Part shown: positions 35,934 through 45,578 of the stretch, one piece after another
Position numbering within the stretch: position 1 is the first letter of the stretch
Layout: each line of letters begins with the position of its first letter
Assembly: GCA_039026635.1 (NCBI GenBank)
Contig: JBCCLX010000001.1
Coordinates: 1-55,080 of the forward strand
Origin: Pseudomonadota bacterium
GTDB taxonomy: Bacteria; Pseudomonadota; Alphaproteobacteria; Rhodobacterales; Rhodobacteraceae
Direction of reading: 5' to 3'
DNA: 55,080 nt
The notes under the pieces: model-generated
Told to the model about the DNA's origin: nothing
The model's database searches: none
What the model saw: only the letters and a program-made list of their open reading frames with translations
Translations under genes and position numbers: made by a program

Positions 35934-36114
35934 ATTGACTTCAATGGGTTGGCGGCTCGGACGCCGGCTGGATACCGCGCTGGATCCGGGAGTCCACATG
36001 CGCGGGCCGTCCCGCGCGCGCCTCTCCCGAGTATATCCGTTTTCTAACCCGGGAGATCCGTTTTTGTCTTAGCGAAAACTGTCCGCCGGACACTTTCCTA
36101 TTGCGTCCATGGGC

Positions 36115-36543
36115 TTACGCGCCAGCGGCCAGCGCGATCACCTTGCGCTTCGACAGGCTGCGATTGAACGACCGCCTGTTGAGCGTCAGCGCGATCACCG
36201 ATAGCCCGTATTGCCAGTGCTGATGCGCCGCGGAGCGTCGCAGACCGACCGCCCAGCAGATCTCCTTCCAGCGCTCGCCATGCGCCTTCATCCAGACGAT
36301 CTTGCCGTCGAGCGGCTCGAGGCACGCCGTCCAGGTCAGGGTCTCCTCCATCCGGCTGATATCCTGCGGCGAGGGCAGCACGCGCATCGGTTTCGGTTCC
36401 TGGCCGACCTTGTCGCCGAAGCTGTGGACGATCTCGGGCCACGTGCTGAAGTATCCCTGCCGCCGCGGCTCGGGCATCCGCTTCAGCACGAGGGCCGCCA
36501 CGGCGAGCCGCTCCTCGACCATTGCCGGGGTCCAGTCCGTCAT
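36115..36543 (-). CDS. DUF6362-like protein with C-terminal HTH, probable late transcription regulator
   Basis: WT...VEERL..AA..L..MP...PSP..ISRMEETL.W...WKEICWAVGL.RS. Confidence 0.75.
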   Translation of the reverse strand: MTDWTPAMVEERLAVAALVLKRMPEPRRQGYFSTWPEIVHSFGDKVGQEPKPMRVLPSPQDISRMEETLTWTACLEPLDGKIVWMKAHGERWKEICWAVGLRRSAAHQHWQYGLSVIALTLNRRSFNRSLSKRKVIALAAGA

Positions 36544-36737
36544 CGCTGCACCTCCTGTTCCGAGGGGCGCGCGCCGTAGAGACGCTCACCGAGTTGCCGT
36601 ACCAGTTCCCGCTCAGGCCAAGTAAGTCTCTGGTCGTCAAGCGAAACTGCGAATACACCTTGCTCCTTCCAGCCCTCGCGCTTGACCTGTTCGGTGTCCC
36701 GGCGATGACCGCCATAGCCCTTGGGATGCCACCTCAT
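36540..36737 (-). CDS. Hypothetical phage protein
   Basis: MRWHPKGYGG..RD.EQVKREGW; coupled to both neighbours. Confidence 0.75.
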   Translation of the reverse strand: MRWHPKGYGGHRRDTEQVKREGWKEQGVFAVSLDDQRLTWPERELVRQLGERLYGARPSEQEVQR

Positions 36738-37270
36738 TGGATGCCTCCCTTGGTCTCCAGCGCCCAGAACAGGATCGCGATGGCATCCGCCTCGTTGTCG
36801 TCGGCCGGGCTGAACCCGCGAGCCCGCGCGGCCGCGATCATGGCGTCCTTGTTGGCGTTGCCCTTGCCGGTCGCGAAACGCTTGATCGTGCCGACAGGGA
36901 CGCCCTCGTAGGGCACGCCACGCAGCTCTGCCCACGAGGTCAGCGTCGCCATGAGCCCGCCGTAGACATGCGCGGCGTCCGTGCCAGCGTGGCGGCGGAC
37001 TTCCTCGAACCAGATCGCGGCGATGGGCCCGGAGAGCCGGTCCAGCTCGGCCAGCCAGTTGGTGAACCGCAGGAAGCGCATGCCGCCACCGTCGAAGCGG
37101 CCGGGGCGGAAGGACACGGTGCCGCTGGTGATCAGCCCGTCGGCGCCGTGCAGGGCCCACCCCGTGGTGGTGCCGAGATCGAGCGCGAGCAAGGTGCGAT
37201 CGGCGCGGTGCGCGACAGGCAGATCGGGGATTGCCTCGCGAGCGGAGGTGGCGAGAGTTAGGTCAGCCAT
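36734..37270 (-). CDS. RuvC-like Holliday junction resolvase
   Basis: LALDLGTTTGWA, FEEVRRH, IKRFATGKGNA.K, DDNEADA. Confidence 0.85.
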   Translation of the reverse strand: MADLTLATSAREAIPDLPVAHRADRTLLALDLGTTTGWALHGADGLITSGTVSFRPGRFDGGGMRFLRFTNWLAELDRLSGPIAAIWFEEVRRHAGTDAAHVYGGLMATLTSWAELRGVPYEGVPVGTIKRFATGKGNANKDAMIAAARARGFSPADDNEADAIAILFWALETKGGIQ

Positions 37271-37439
37271 GGGTGGTCTCCTCTTCTGGTTGGCTGCTCG
37301 GGTGGAAGACGATGGCGGCCTGGTGCTTGGCGGTACGGGGCCGCCGTCGTCGGATCGGGATGTGCAGAGAGCGTCGAGGCCCGCGCGGGCGGATACCCAT
37401 CGACGTATGGGAGGAGAGGCCAAACCTGCCGGTTGGCCT

Positions 37440-37636
37440 CCCCATACGTAGTATGGGGGTTTCCCCACTCGCCTCATGTTTTGGGCGTAGAGCGCTGTTT
37501 TCATTGCGCTTTTGTGGGCTGGGCAATGAGAGGGGTCGATGAGGAAGACCTTTCTCATCCTCATGCCCAACCCATTGATTTCATTGAGCCATGAGGAAGG
37601 GATGAGGATGAAGAAGGCCGCGCTCATGATGAGGAA
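37440..37636. repeat. Iteron-like ATGAGGA repeats and hairpin, candidate phage origin
   Basis: ATGAGGA at 37539, 37591, 37602, 37629 and reverse at 37558; CCCCATAC-GTA-GTATGGGG hairpin at 37440-37458. Confidence 0.55.
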
Positions 37637-37637
37637 G

Positions 37638-39926
37638 TCAGTCATGAGCGTCCTCCGGATAGACCCAGACGGAGGGGTTCTCGACCTCGCGCGCGCGACC
37701 GGAATGGGGGCATTTGTAATGTGTCGGCAGGACCGGGACGCCCTCGTCCAGAACCTCGCCGGTCTCGGCGTCGATGACGGGATCGCGGCCGAAGCGCATG
37801 TCCCGGACGACGAGATACCCAAAATGCGATTGCGTGCCGGGGAAGCCGTGCTCCGTGAAATTCCGGCGGAACTTGATCTGCCCCTTGGTGGCGAGGACCG
37901 CGAGCCGTTCGCGGATACTGTAGCGCCCGCCAAGATCGTGCTGGTTCTCGAACGCCTCGGCGAACTGGGTGGCGGTGTAGAGCCGTCCCTCAGCCGCCTC
38001 GTCGAAGATCAGCCCGAGGACGACAAGGTTCTTGCGATCCCGCTCCGCGTCAAGCTTGGCGCCCAGATCCTTGCGCACCAGCCGCTCGCTGCTCGGGGTG
38101 AGCTCGGTCCAGGTGCCATTCACCTTGTCGACCACCTTGGCAGGCAGCGCGGGCCCGTTGCGCAGCTCGATCTCCAGCCGGCGCTCGCTGACCTCTTCGT
38201 CGGGTCGGTGCAGGATCAGACCGGTGGTGTAGAAGCCGCGGAGCGCGCTGGCACCGGAGAGCGCGAGAAACGGATCTTCCTTCACCTGATGCTTGGAGAG
38301 CTTCTTGGTGTGGTGGACGAGGATCACGCCGCAGTCGGGATTGACGTGGTCGCGCAGCACCTCGACCCGGTCCTTGAGGAAGAACATCATCGCGGCGTTG
38401 TCATTCTCGCCGCCACCGTCGGGCCCGCCGTCGAAGAGGTTGCGGATCGGGTCGATGCAGAGGATGTCGAGCGGGGCGTCGGGGAATGCGGCCCTGATCG
38501 CTTCAGCCACGCGCGCGCTGCCCTCGGCATCGAGCAGCATCCGCAGTTTCGGCGTTACAATCAGGTTGTCGCGCGCGGCTGCGATCAACTCGGGCGGCAG
38601 ACCGATCTGCTGCATGCGCTCGCGCAGGTAGTGGTACTGGATCTCGGCCTGCAGGTAGAAGATCCGCAGCGGCCGTGGCGGAGTGAAACCGAGGAAGGGC
38701 ACGCCCGCCGCCATATGCACCAGCAAGGCGATCAGCAGGTCGCTCTTGCCCACCTTGGGCGCACCGCCCAGCACCAGGAGCCCGCCCGGCGTCAACACGC
38801 GCGGTCCGATGATGTCGTCGGGCATCGGGCTCGTGTCGTCGAGCAGTTCGCCGAGTGTAAAGGTCGGCAGGTCGGTCTGCACAGGCGCCCCGCTGTCGAG
38901 GCGGATCAGCGGCGGCCCATGCCGCTTGATGTGCAGCTCCCACAGCCGGTTGGTCTCGCGCTTCAGCCGGTCGAGCGGCCACGACGGGCGCAGCATCGCG
39001 GCGTTGTAGCCGCAGATCGCCGTCCAGCCCTCATCCATCGAGATGTGACCCTCGTGGACCAGCCGCAGGAAATAACCGATGGCGGCCGAGGCGCCTTCGA
39101 AGCGGGACCAGTCATCCGCGCCGCCCTCGTGCACCGGAGTCACCAGCACATCATCGATGGCGGGTTTCTCGCGGGGCTCGACCGTGGCCATGCCGACGCC
39201 GGGCATCGGCGGCATGTCGGCGACGCGCTCGGCCATCTCGGCGAAATCGACCTCGAGATCGGCTGCCTCGCGAATCTGGACGAGCCGGGTGAGCCCACCC
39301 TTGTGATAGACCGTCCCGGGCACGCGGATCGGCTGATGGGCCGAGCGGAAATGCGTGTCGCCGCCGACCTTCAGCGCGATCTCGCCGCGCAGCTGGCAGA
39401 GCCGGTCCAGATCAAGGCCCTCTGCGGGCTCAGTCAGCTTCCACCAGACATGGAGCTTGGTCGCGCCCTCGGGCGTGCGCCCGCCGCTCTCGACGATCAG
39501 CGTTGGCCGGCCGAGATGGTGAAGGAGATGATCGAGCTTGGCCGGGATGTCGCCCGAGTCGAGATCGACCACGAGGCTCTGCATCTGCAGGACATCGGCG
39601 GCGCGGGCCTGGCCCGTTTCCGCGACCGTGCCGGGAATGACGTAGACCGCTGCGCCCTCGCGCGATGCCCAGCCTGCGAAGGTGGCGAGCTTCTCGGGGG
39701 CCGAGGCGTCCGCGTCGATCCAGATGTTGTGCGGTCGGCCGTCCTTGCCCTGACCCTTGTCGACGAAGCCCCGGACCGGGATCAGCCTCTCGGAGTAGCC
39801 GAAGACCACTTCCACGAAGCGGGCGATCTGGCCTGCGTCCGGTTCGACCGCGAAGGGATCGGTCAGGGGCGCTGCGTCGTTGAAATCCCGCCAGGGATTG
39901 AAGTGGATGATGTTGTCGTCGCTCAT
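37638..39926 (-). CDS. Primase (RepB-like) / AAA_25 helicase fusion
   Basis: VVDLD, ESGG, KLHVWWKL, IRVPGT primase motifs; GAPKVGKS Walker A, CIDP Walker B, LVHHTKK. Confidence 0.9.
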   Translation of the reverse strand: MSDDNIIHFNPWRDFNDAAPLTDPFAVEPDAGQIARFVEVVFGYSERLIPVRGFVDKGQGKDGRPHNIWIDADASAPEKLATFAGWASREGAAVYVIPGTVAETGQARAADVLQMQSLVVDLDSGDIPAKLDHLLHHLGRPTLIVESGGRTPEGATKLHVWWKLTEPAEGLDLDRLCQLRGEIALKVGGDTHFRSAHQPIRVPGTVYHKGGLTRLVQIREAADLEVDFAEMAERVADMPPMPGVGMATVEPREKPAIDDVLVTPVHEGGADDWSRFEGASAAIGYFLRLVHEGHISMDEGWTAICGYNAAMLRPSWPLDRLKRETNRLWELHIKRHGPPLIRLDSGAPVQTDLPTFTLGELLDDTSPMPDDIIGPRVLTPGGLLVLGGAPKVGKSDLLIALLVHMAAGVPFLGFTPPRPLRIFYLQAEIQYHYLRERMQQIGLPPELIAAARDNLIVTPKLRMLLDAEGSARVAEAIRAAFPDAPLDILCIDPIRNLFDGGPDGGGENDNAAMMFFLKDRVEVLRDHVNPDCGVILVHHTKKLSKHQVKEDPFLALSGASALRGFYTTGLILHRPDEEVSERRLEIELRNGPALPAKVVDKVNGTWTELTPSSERLVRKDLGAKLDAERDRKNLVVLGLIFDEAAEGRLYTATQFAEAFENQHDLGGRYSIRERLAVLATKGQIKFRRNFTEHGFPGTQSHFGYLVVRDMRFGRDPVIDAETGEVLDEGVPVLPTHYKCPHSGRAREVENPSVWVYPEDAHD

Positions 39927-40681
39927 GCCGGCAATCCCCAGCAACGCTCTGCCCACGGGCAGAACCGGCATTCGAAGAAGTCGCGATTGGCGGCGATGCG
40001 CGGGAGCAGCTCGCCCGCGTCGGTGGCCCGCAGGATCCGCACACCGCGGTCGGACATGCGCTGCGCGAGATCGGCATCGAAGGGCACCAGCTCGTGGTGC
40101 AGCTCGGCCGTGTCCTTGTTGATCGCGGTGAAGAGCGCCGGATTGGCCGAGATGCCCGGCACTGTCGCTTCCATGTAGGCTTGGTAGAGCGCGATCTGGG
40201 CGGCGTAGACCGGCTTCGCCACGGTCACGCCCTTGGCCACCGTCTCGCGCCAGTTCTTCGCGTTCATCGTCTTGCATTCCCAGAGCGCCGGGGCGCGTAG
40301 CCCCAGCGCCGCGGGGGCCTCGACGACGATTCCGTCGACATGACCGCGGATGCGCCCGCCCGCGACGGAGAAGCCGAACTGGCCACCATCGCGCTTCTGG
40401 GTAACCAGATCGAGCCCCGCCGCCCGCAGCCAGCGGATGGCGAGATCCTCAAGCTCATGCCCGATCGCGAAGATCCGCAGCGACCGGCCGGAGAAGTCCT
40501 GACCTAAATCCTTCGGCGCGCGCGCGAACTCGAACTGCAGCGCGCGCTCGCAGGCATGGCCCAGCCGGGACGCGCCGAGGTAATCGCGCGGTTGCGTCGC
40601 CGCGCGCTCGGCTTCGAGCGCGGCATCCACAGCGGCATTGATGCGCTCCGCGATGCCGGGGCGGTGGTTGTAATCCAGCAT
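39923..40681 (-). CDS. PD-(D/E)XK (Cas4-like) phage exonuclease
   Basis: YLGASRLG..C, GHVDG, WECKT, Q..LY, C-terminal CRFC.W..RC. Confidence 0.85.
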   Translation of the reverse strand: MLDYNHRPGIAERINAAVDAALEAERAATQPRDYLGASRLGHACERALQFEFARAPKDLGQDFSGRSLRIFAIGHELEDLAIRWLRAAGLDLVTQKRDGGQFGFSVAGGRIRGHVDGIVVEAPAALGLRAPALWECKTMNAKNWRETVAKGVTVAKPVYAAQIALYQAYMEATVPGISANPALFTAINKDTAELHHELVPFDADLAQRMSDRGVRILRATDAGELLPRIAANRDFFECRFCPWAERCWGLPA

Positions 40682-41109
40682 CAGAACGGGATCTCCGACT
40701 CCGCGGCGATCTCGGCCATCTCGGCACGGAATGCCTCGACGGTGGTGACGATCAGCCGGTGCATGTCGTTCTGGGTCAGCTTGCCCAGCGGCCGGTCCCA
40801 GCCGATCCGCTCCATCTCGGGGGCGAGCGCGCGCATGACGGCGGGCAGCGCCTGGGTTTCCTCTTCTGTGAAATCGACCATGCTCAGTCCTCTCTTCGCT
40901 TTGCGGGTGAAGGCCGCCTGGCAGCCCATGGAGCAGAACCAGCGGCGGGTGCGGTGTGGCCGCGGCCGGTGGGGATCGAACCAGCCGAAGCCGCGGGTGC
41001 GCGCGGTGCAGACGGCGCAGAGGACCGGGCGCGGATGCCAGAGGCGATCACGGCCCGGTCGATCCGCAGCCTCTGCGGACGGGGATGGGACTTGCGCGAC
41101 ATGGTTCAC
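40681..41109 (-). CDS. DUF6511-like Zn-finger protein
   Basis: CAVC...FCSMGCQ, ends ESEIPF. Confidence 0.75.
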   Translation of the reverse strand: MNHVAQVPSPSAEAADRPGRDRLWHPRPVLCAVCTARTRGFGWFDPHRPRPHRTRRWFCSMGCQAAFTRKAKRGLSMVDFTEEETQALPAVMRALAPEMERIGWDRPLGKLTQNDMHRLIVTTVEAFRAEMAEIAAESEIPF

Positions 41110-42773
41110 GCCGCCCTCTGCTCGGGCGCGGCCGACATCACGAGCCGGCGAATGTCGCGCCGGTTGAACTGGAAGGTGATCAGCGCCGAGGCGCGGTAGC
41201 GGGTGAGCCCGTAATCCTGCCGCTGCGCGGGCGACAGGTATTGCAGCTGTTTCTCGGTCGGCGTCTGGCCCAGCCAGCGCCGGGACTTGAACGCGCTTTC
41301 GTCGGTCTCGTGTTCGTTCAGCCAGTCGTCGGCCTGCGCCAGACAGACGGTGCGCTCGCCCACGCCGAGGAGGCGCGTCCGCTCATTCTTGCCACCGCCC
41401 ACGGCATGCCAGCGCCCCTCGAGGAAGAAGACGCCGCCCCAGGCATTGAACCCACTCGCCATGAGCGCGGACTCGTCATCGAACAGATCCTCCCAGGCGA
41501 AGCTGGAGCGCCTCAGGAGGTCGATCTCGGACATGACCACGCTTTCGAGCGGCGGTGCCCCGTCGCTCAGGAACTCGTATCCGCAAATCGGGCATTGGCG
41601 GGCTGCGAGCGGGACCGTTGCCTCGCATTCCGGGCAGGTCTTCGTCGGCGCGTCGCACGGTGTGGGATCGCGGCCGTCGAGATCGACGTCCTGCTCCAGC
41701 GTTCCGTGGGTCAGGCTCGAGATCCCGAAATCCAGCACGATGCAGTCGGTCTTGACGATGCCGGGGTGCTCGGCGGGATCGACGGTGCGCAAGCCGCGCC
41801 CGACCATCTGGATCATGGTCGACTTGCAGGAACTGGGCCGCAGCAGCACCACGCAGGAGGTGGGCGGGTGATCCCAGCCTTCGGTCAGCACCGCCACGTT
41901 GACGACGACCTGGATTTCGCCGGCAGCATAGGCTGCGAGGATCCGGCGGCGCGTCTCGGAGCCCAGATCGCCGTGGATAACGCCGGCGGGGATCCCGTGG
42001 CCATTGAAGGCTTCGGCGACGTTTTCCGCGTGGGCAACCGTCGAGCAGAAGACCACGGTCTGTCGATCGCCGGCCTTCTCTTGCCAGTGCCGGATGACCT
42101 CGTCCGTGATCGGCGCGCGGTTCATGATCTCCGCGACCGCGCCCATGTCGTAGTCGGACGCGGTCTTTCGGACGGCGCGCAGCTTCTCCTGAACGCCCAC
42201 ATCGATCACGAAGGTGCGCGGGGCCACGAGGTGGCCCGAGGCGATCAGTTCGGCCAGCGTGACCTGGTCGCCGACATTGTCGAAGACCTCACGCAGCCCT
42301 TTCCGGTCACCGCGGTTGGGCGTCGCCGTGACGCCGAAGATGCGGGCCTCGGGATTGGCGTCGCGCACGCGGTCGATGATCCGACGATAGCTGTCGGCCA
42401 CCGCGTGATGCGCCTCGTCGATCACCAGCAGATCGAGCCTCGGCATCGCCTTCAGGCTCGACGAGCGGGAAAGCGTCGGCGCCATGGCAAAGGTGACTTG
42501 TCCCGCCCACGACTTGGAGCCGGCATCCACAACGGACGTGGTCACCTCCGGATTGACACGGCCGAACTTTGCGCGGTTCTGGCCGGTCAGCTCGTCGCGA
42601 TGGGCAAGAACGCAGGCCTTGGCCTCCGTCTGCTCCACCAGCTTCCCGGTGACCGCGGACAGCATGATGGTCTTGCCTGCGCCGGTGGGCGCAACGCCGA
42701 GCGTGTTGCCGTGCTTCGAGAGCGCAGCGAGGCTGCGCTCCACGAAGACTTTCTGGCGGGGACGAAGCCGCAT
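41106..42773 (-). CDS. SF2 DEAD/DEAH helicase with Zn ribbon
   Basis: PTGAGKT, DEAHH, TATP, QMVGRGLR, CPEC...CPICG. Confidence 0.93.
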   Translation of the reverse strand: MRLRPRQKVFVERSLAALSKHGNTLGVAPTGAGKTIMLSAVTGKLVEQTEAKACVLAHRDELTGQNRAKFGRVNPEVTTSVVDAGSKSWAGQVTFAMAPTLSRSSSLKAMPRLDLLVIDEAHHAVADSYRRIIDRVRDANPEARIFGVTATPNRGDRKGLREVFDNVGDQVTLAELIASGHLVAPRTFVIDVGVQEKLRAVRKTASDYDMGAVAEIMNRAPITDEVIRHWQEKAGDRQTVVFCSTVAHAENVAEAFNGHGIPAGVIHGDLGSETRRRILAAYAAGEIQVVVNVAVLTEGWDHPPTSCVVLLRPSSCKSTMIQMVGRGLRTVDPAEHPGIVKTDCIVLDFGISSLTHGTLEQDVDLDGRDPTPCDAPTKTCPECEATVPLAARQCPICGYEFLSDGAPPLESVVMSEIDLLRRSSFAWEDLFDDESALMASGFNAWGGVFFLEGRWHAVGGGKNERTRLLGVGERTVCLAQADDWLNEHETDESAFKSRRWLGQTPTEKQLQYLSPAQRQDYGLTRYRASALITFQFNRRDIRRLVMSAAPEQRAA

Positions 42774-42783
42774 CGGACGCCCC

Positions 42784-43386
42784 TCACTGCGCCCAGGCCG
42801 GACGGCCGGGAGCCGCCGGAGCTGTGGGTTGCTGCGCGGTCGACGGCTGGGGCGCGGGCTGCGATGGCGGCTGGTAGCCGTGCCCTGCCGTGCCCATGAC
42901 CTGCGCATATTCGCGATGGTCTGGCGTGACCGCGGCACGGATCTCGTTCTTGTCCTCGCCCATGGCATCGGAGCCGACGTCGATGCGCGCGACGAACTCC
43001 AGCCCGTCGAGATCGGCGAAGCCGTTGATCCGGCGCGCAGCCTGCGCCTCGGGCGAGGTGTCCTTGTCGGAAATCCCGCGCGCCGAGTTCAGCATGCCGC
43101 GGACGAGGCTGCGGCCCATGTTGGCCCAGTCCGGCCCCTTGGGGCTGTGCAGCCCGATCAGCGTGAAGATCTTGCGCCGGGCGTAGGGGCCCTCGGTCAC
43201 CGTGAACTCACCGTTGAGATACACGGCGCCGGTGGAGCCCCGGGTGGCATAGCCCCCGGTCCAGCCCTGCGAGGGATCGTCGAAACCGCCGGGGCGGATG
43301 GTCAGGCGCACCTTGGCGAGCGTACCCTTGGGGATGAGGTTCGTGTTGGACTGGGCGTCGTTGAAATCGTTCCAGAGACCGGTCAT
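42784..43386 (-). CDS. Putative single-stranded DNA-binding protein (DUF669-like)
   Basis: LIPKG...YL..EFTV.EG.YA.RKIF...KNEI, Pro/Gln tail ending PAWAQ. Confidence 0.75.
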   Translation of the reverse strand: MTGLWNDFNDAQSNTNLIPKGTLAKVRLTIRPGGFDDPSQGWTGGYATRGSTGAVYLNGEFTVTEGPYARRKIFTLIGLHSPKGPDWANMGRSLVRGMLNSARGISDKDTSPEAQAARRINGFADLDGLEFVARIDVGSDAMGEDKNEIRAAVTPDHREYAQVMGTAGHGYQPPSQPAPQPSTAQQPTAPAAPGRPAWAQ

Positions 43387-43400
43387 GGCGTGGGGTCCTT

Positions 43401-44279
43401 TCAGTTGGTGGGATCGGATTGAGGGGTCGCGGCGGGCGCCGGGATGCGCGGCGCATCCGTCACGAGTGGGCGCGCGTCGATCGGCAGCGGCTGGCGGATC
43501 TTCTCGATGAGCTGGCCCAGATGCGGCGGCTCCAGCAGATCGAGACGGCCGGAGCGGTCCTTGGCCGGGTAGCCCCAGCTGTTCTGCGTGTGGCAGACGA
43601 AAACCCGCTGCGGCACGCCCTTGTCGTCGGGCAGCGACGTCAGCGTCAGCACCTCGTCGACGATGCCGGGCAGCTCGAGCCCGGTCTTCGAGCCGTCGAT
43701 CTGCGGGACGAAGACCTTGCGATTGAAGTCGTCGAATTTCTCGTCGAGGATCCCGACGAAGATCACGTTCTTCGCCCGCGTGTGCTGGAGGTGGGTGAGC
43801 CAGGCGATCATCTCTCGCCCATGCAGCCCGTAGGCCCCGCGGACGTCCGGCTTGCCGGTTTTGTCCGAATGCGCCTCGGGCTGGCCCTTGCACCACTGGA
43901 AGCAAAGCCGTCCCGCCACGGTGATCGAGTCGATGAAGACCGTGTCGTACTTCTCCAGAACCTTGGGATCGCCGTACTTCTGGCAGATCGCCTGGTAATG
44001 ATCCTCGCTGTAGGGCTGGTCCTTGCGCAGCGCTGGGTTCGGGCCGCCGATGAACACCGCGAAGTCACGGCATTCCCGCCAGGTGCGCGGGCGGATCGTG
44101 TCGATTGCCAGCCCCTCGATGGCGAGATCGCCAGCCTCGAGGTCGAAAAACAGCGAGGTGGTCGAATTGAGCGTGCGCAGGAGCGTGGTCTTGCCGATGC
44201 CCGGAGGTCCGAAGATGGCGGCCTTCACGCCGCGCACCTCGGTCAGCCGCTCGTCTGCGGTGATGATCGGGAGGCTCAT
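43401..44279 (-). CDS. AAA_24 ATPase (Sak4-like)
   Basis: GPPGIGKT, DLEAG, FIDSIT, AKDRSG. Confidence 0.85.
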   Translation of the reverse strand: MSLPIITADERLTEVRGVKAAIFGPPGIGKTTLLRTLNSTTSLFFDLEAGDLAIEGLAIDTIRPRTWRECRDFAVFIGGPNPALRKDQPYSEDHYQAICQKYGDPKVLEKYDTVFIDSITVAGRLCFQWCKGQPEAHSDKTGKPDVRGAYGLHGREMIAWLTHLQHTRAKNVIFVGILDEKFDDFNRKVFVPQIDGSKTGLELPGIVDEVLTLTSLPDDKGVPQRVFVCHTQNSWGYPAKDRSGRLDLLEPPHLGQLIEKIRQPLPIDARPLVTDAPRIPAPAATPQSDPTN

Positions 44280-44764
44280 GCATCGCCTCCCTGCGGCCGG
44301 ATCTCGACCTTCAGCGCACCGGTCTTTACGGTCCGCGCCGGCTCGAAGCCCTGTCGGATCGCATCGGGCCAAGCCGCGTATTTGCGCTCGGGCACTTTGA
44401 AGGCGATGTCGACGTATTCGGCCGGATCGTCTCCGGCGGCGCGGATCCGCTCGACCATCGCGGCCAGTTGGGACTGGTCCCACTCGACGCGTTTCGGCAG
44501 ATCGGCGACCACCGTGAAATCGCCGTCGTCGAAGCGGACGGTGCCAGTGTCCTTGACCTGCGCCTGCCGTTCCTCGGCGGCGCGGGTGGCGTAGCGAACG
44601 GTCAGAGCGGCATCGAGCCGGGTCTTCGCGGCCTTGTCGCGCTTCAGGCGCTCGTCGATCTCGCGCTGGATGATGGCCAGCAGTTCGACGGGCAGCGCGG
44701 CGATCTCCTGCGGGCTGAGGCCCGGCAGGTCATCGGGCGTAGGAGTGTTCTCGGGATAGGGCAT
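44276..44764 (-). CDS. Conserved phage hypothetical protein
   Basis: DLPKRVEWDQ..L...KVPERKY..WP. Confidence 0.8.
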   Translation of the reverse strand: MPYPENTPTPDDLPGLSPQEIAALPVELLAIIQREIDERLKRDKAAKTRLDAALTVRYATRAAEERQAQVKDTGTVRFDDGDFTVVADLPKRVEWDQSQLAAMVERIRAAGDDPAEYVDIAFKVPERKYAAWPDAIRQGFEPARTVKTGALKVEIRPQGGDA

Positions 44765-44791
44765 TGGGGTCTCCGGGATGGGGGATGGGGA

Positions 44792-45154
44792 TCATGCGGC
44801 CTCGAGCAGGCGCATCGAGAGCGCCGCGCCGGATGGGCCGGGTTTGGGGCGAGCGACGGCGATGTAAGCGAAGGCGTCTGGGCCGAGCCGGGACTGCACG
44901 AGGTGGACGAGGTTCTGTTCCGCCGCGCGCCGGGCGGCGGCCGCCACCAGCTGAAGCATGCGTTGCCGGTCCGCCGGCAGCTTCGAGATGACCGACGTGG
45001 CATCGACGGCGAGAAACCCGCGGTGATAGACCAGCGCCTCGCCGGGTTCGGCCTGCGCGATCCAGGCGGCGAGCCCGACCTCGTCGAGCCCCGGCCCGTT
45101 CGCGCCGTGCAGCGGCACGACTTCGGCTTCGGTGATGGGCGACAGGCGTCCCAT
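44792..45154 (-). CDS. Hypothetical phage protein
   Basis: AW...A.PG..L.YHRGFLAVD...VHLVQ.R.GPD.F.Y.A. Confidence 0.8.
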   Translation of the reverse strand: MGRLSPITEAEVVPLHGANGPGLDEVGLAAWIAQAEPGEALVYHRGFLAVDATSVISKLPADRQRMLQLVAAAARRAAEQNLVHLVQSRLGPDAFAYIAVARPKPGPSGAALSMRLLEAA

Positions 45155-45366
45155 TAGGCCGCTCCCGCGCGCGGCTGGGTGTCCGTGGTGTGCTGGAGCT
45201 GGTCGCGCTCGAAGGCGACGATGTCCTCGAGGCGGTAGACGACCCGGCCGCCGATCTTCATGTAGGCCGGGCCTTCACCCGCCCACCGCCAGCGCTCCAG
45301 CGTGCGATGCGAGATCGTCCAGCGTCGGGCGAGTTCCTTCTGGTTCAGGCAATGCTTCTGCTGCAT
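45154..45366 (-). CDS. AlpA/excisionase-like HTH protein
   Basis: LNQKELARRW.IS.RTLERWRW.GEGP.Y.KIGGRVVYRLEDI. Confidence 0.9.
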   Translation of the reverse strand: MQQKHCLNQKELARRWTISHRTLERWRWAGEGPAYMKIGGRVVYRLEDIVAFERDQLQHTTDTQPRAGAA

Positions 45367-45438
45367 CGGCTCTCTCCGTTTGCGTGTGCTTCGGAGAGAG
45401 ATTGCGAAATCCCGCTATGGGATGTCGTCAGGATCGCA

Positions 45439-45532
45439 GGGGGATACGGAGGGGGATGAATATGGCCTTGCAGGACAGGCTTGGACGGCTTCCTGGGGGA
45501 TCGTCATCCCCCTCCATCCCCCAGCCGATCCC
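45439..45532. repeat. GGGGGAT/ATCCCCC repeat cluster with 12-bp perfect inverted repeat
   Basis: GGAGGGGGATGA (45448-45459) and TCATCCCCCTCC (45504-45515) plus further copies. Confidence 0.6.
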
Positions 45533-45578
45533 ACACCAAGCGCGATCAGGAACCGCGCATGGGGGGACGGGAAAGGAG

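Noticed and set aside
35693-35944. N-terminal extension of the methyltransferase ORF in the track
   Set aside because: Recognisable ParB sequence starts at MTLAFAPERIE (35692); the extension covers the repeat/cos region
39923-40681. Cas4-like nuclease suggesting CRISPR-Cas
   Set aside because: It lies in a phage replication operon; no cas1/cas2 and no repeat-spacer array seen in the window
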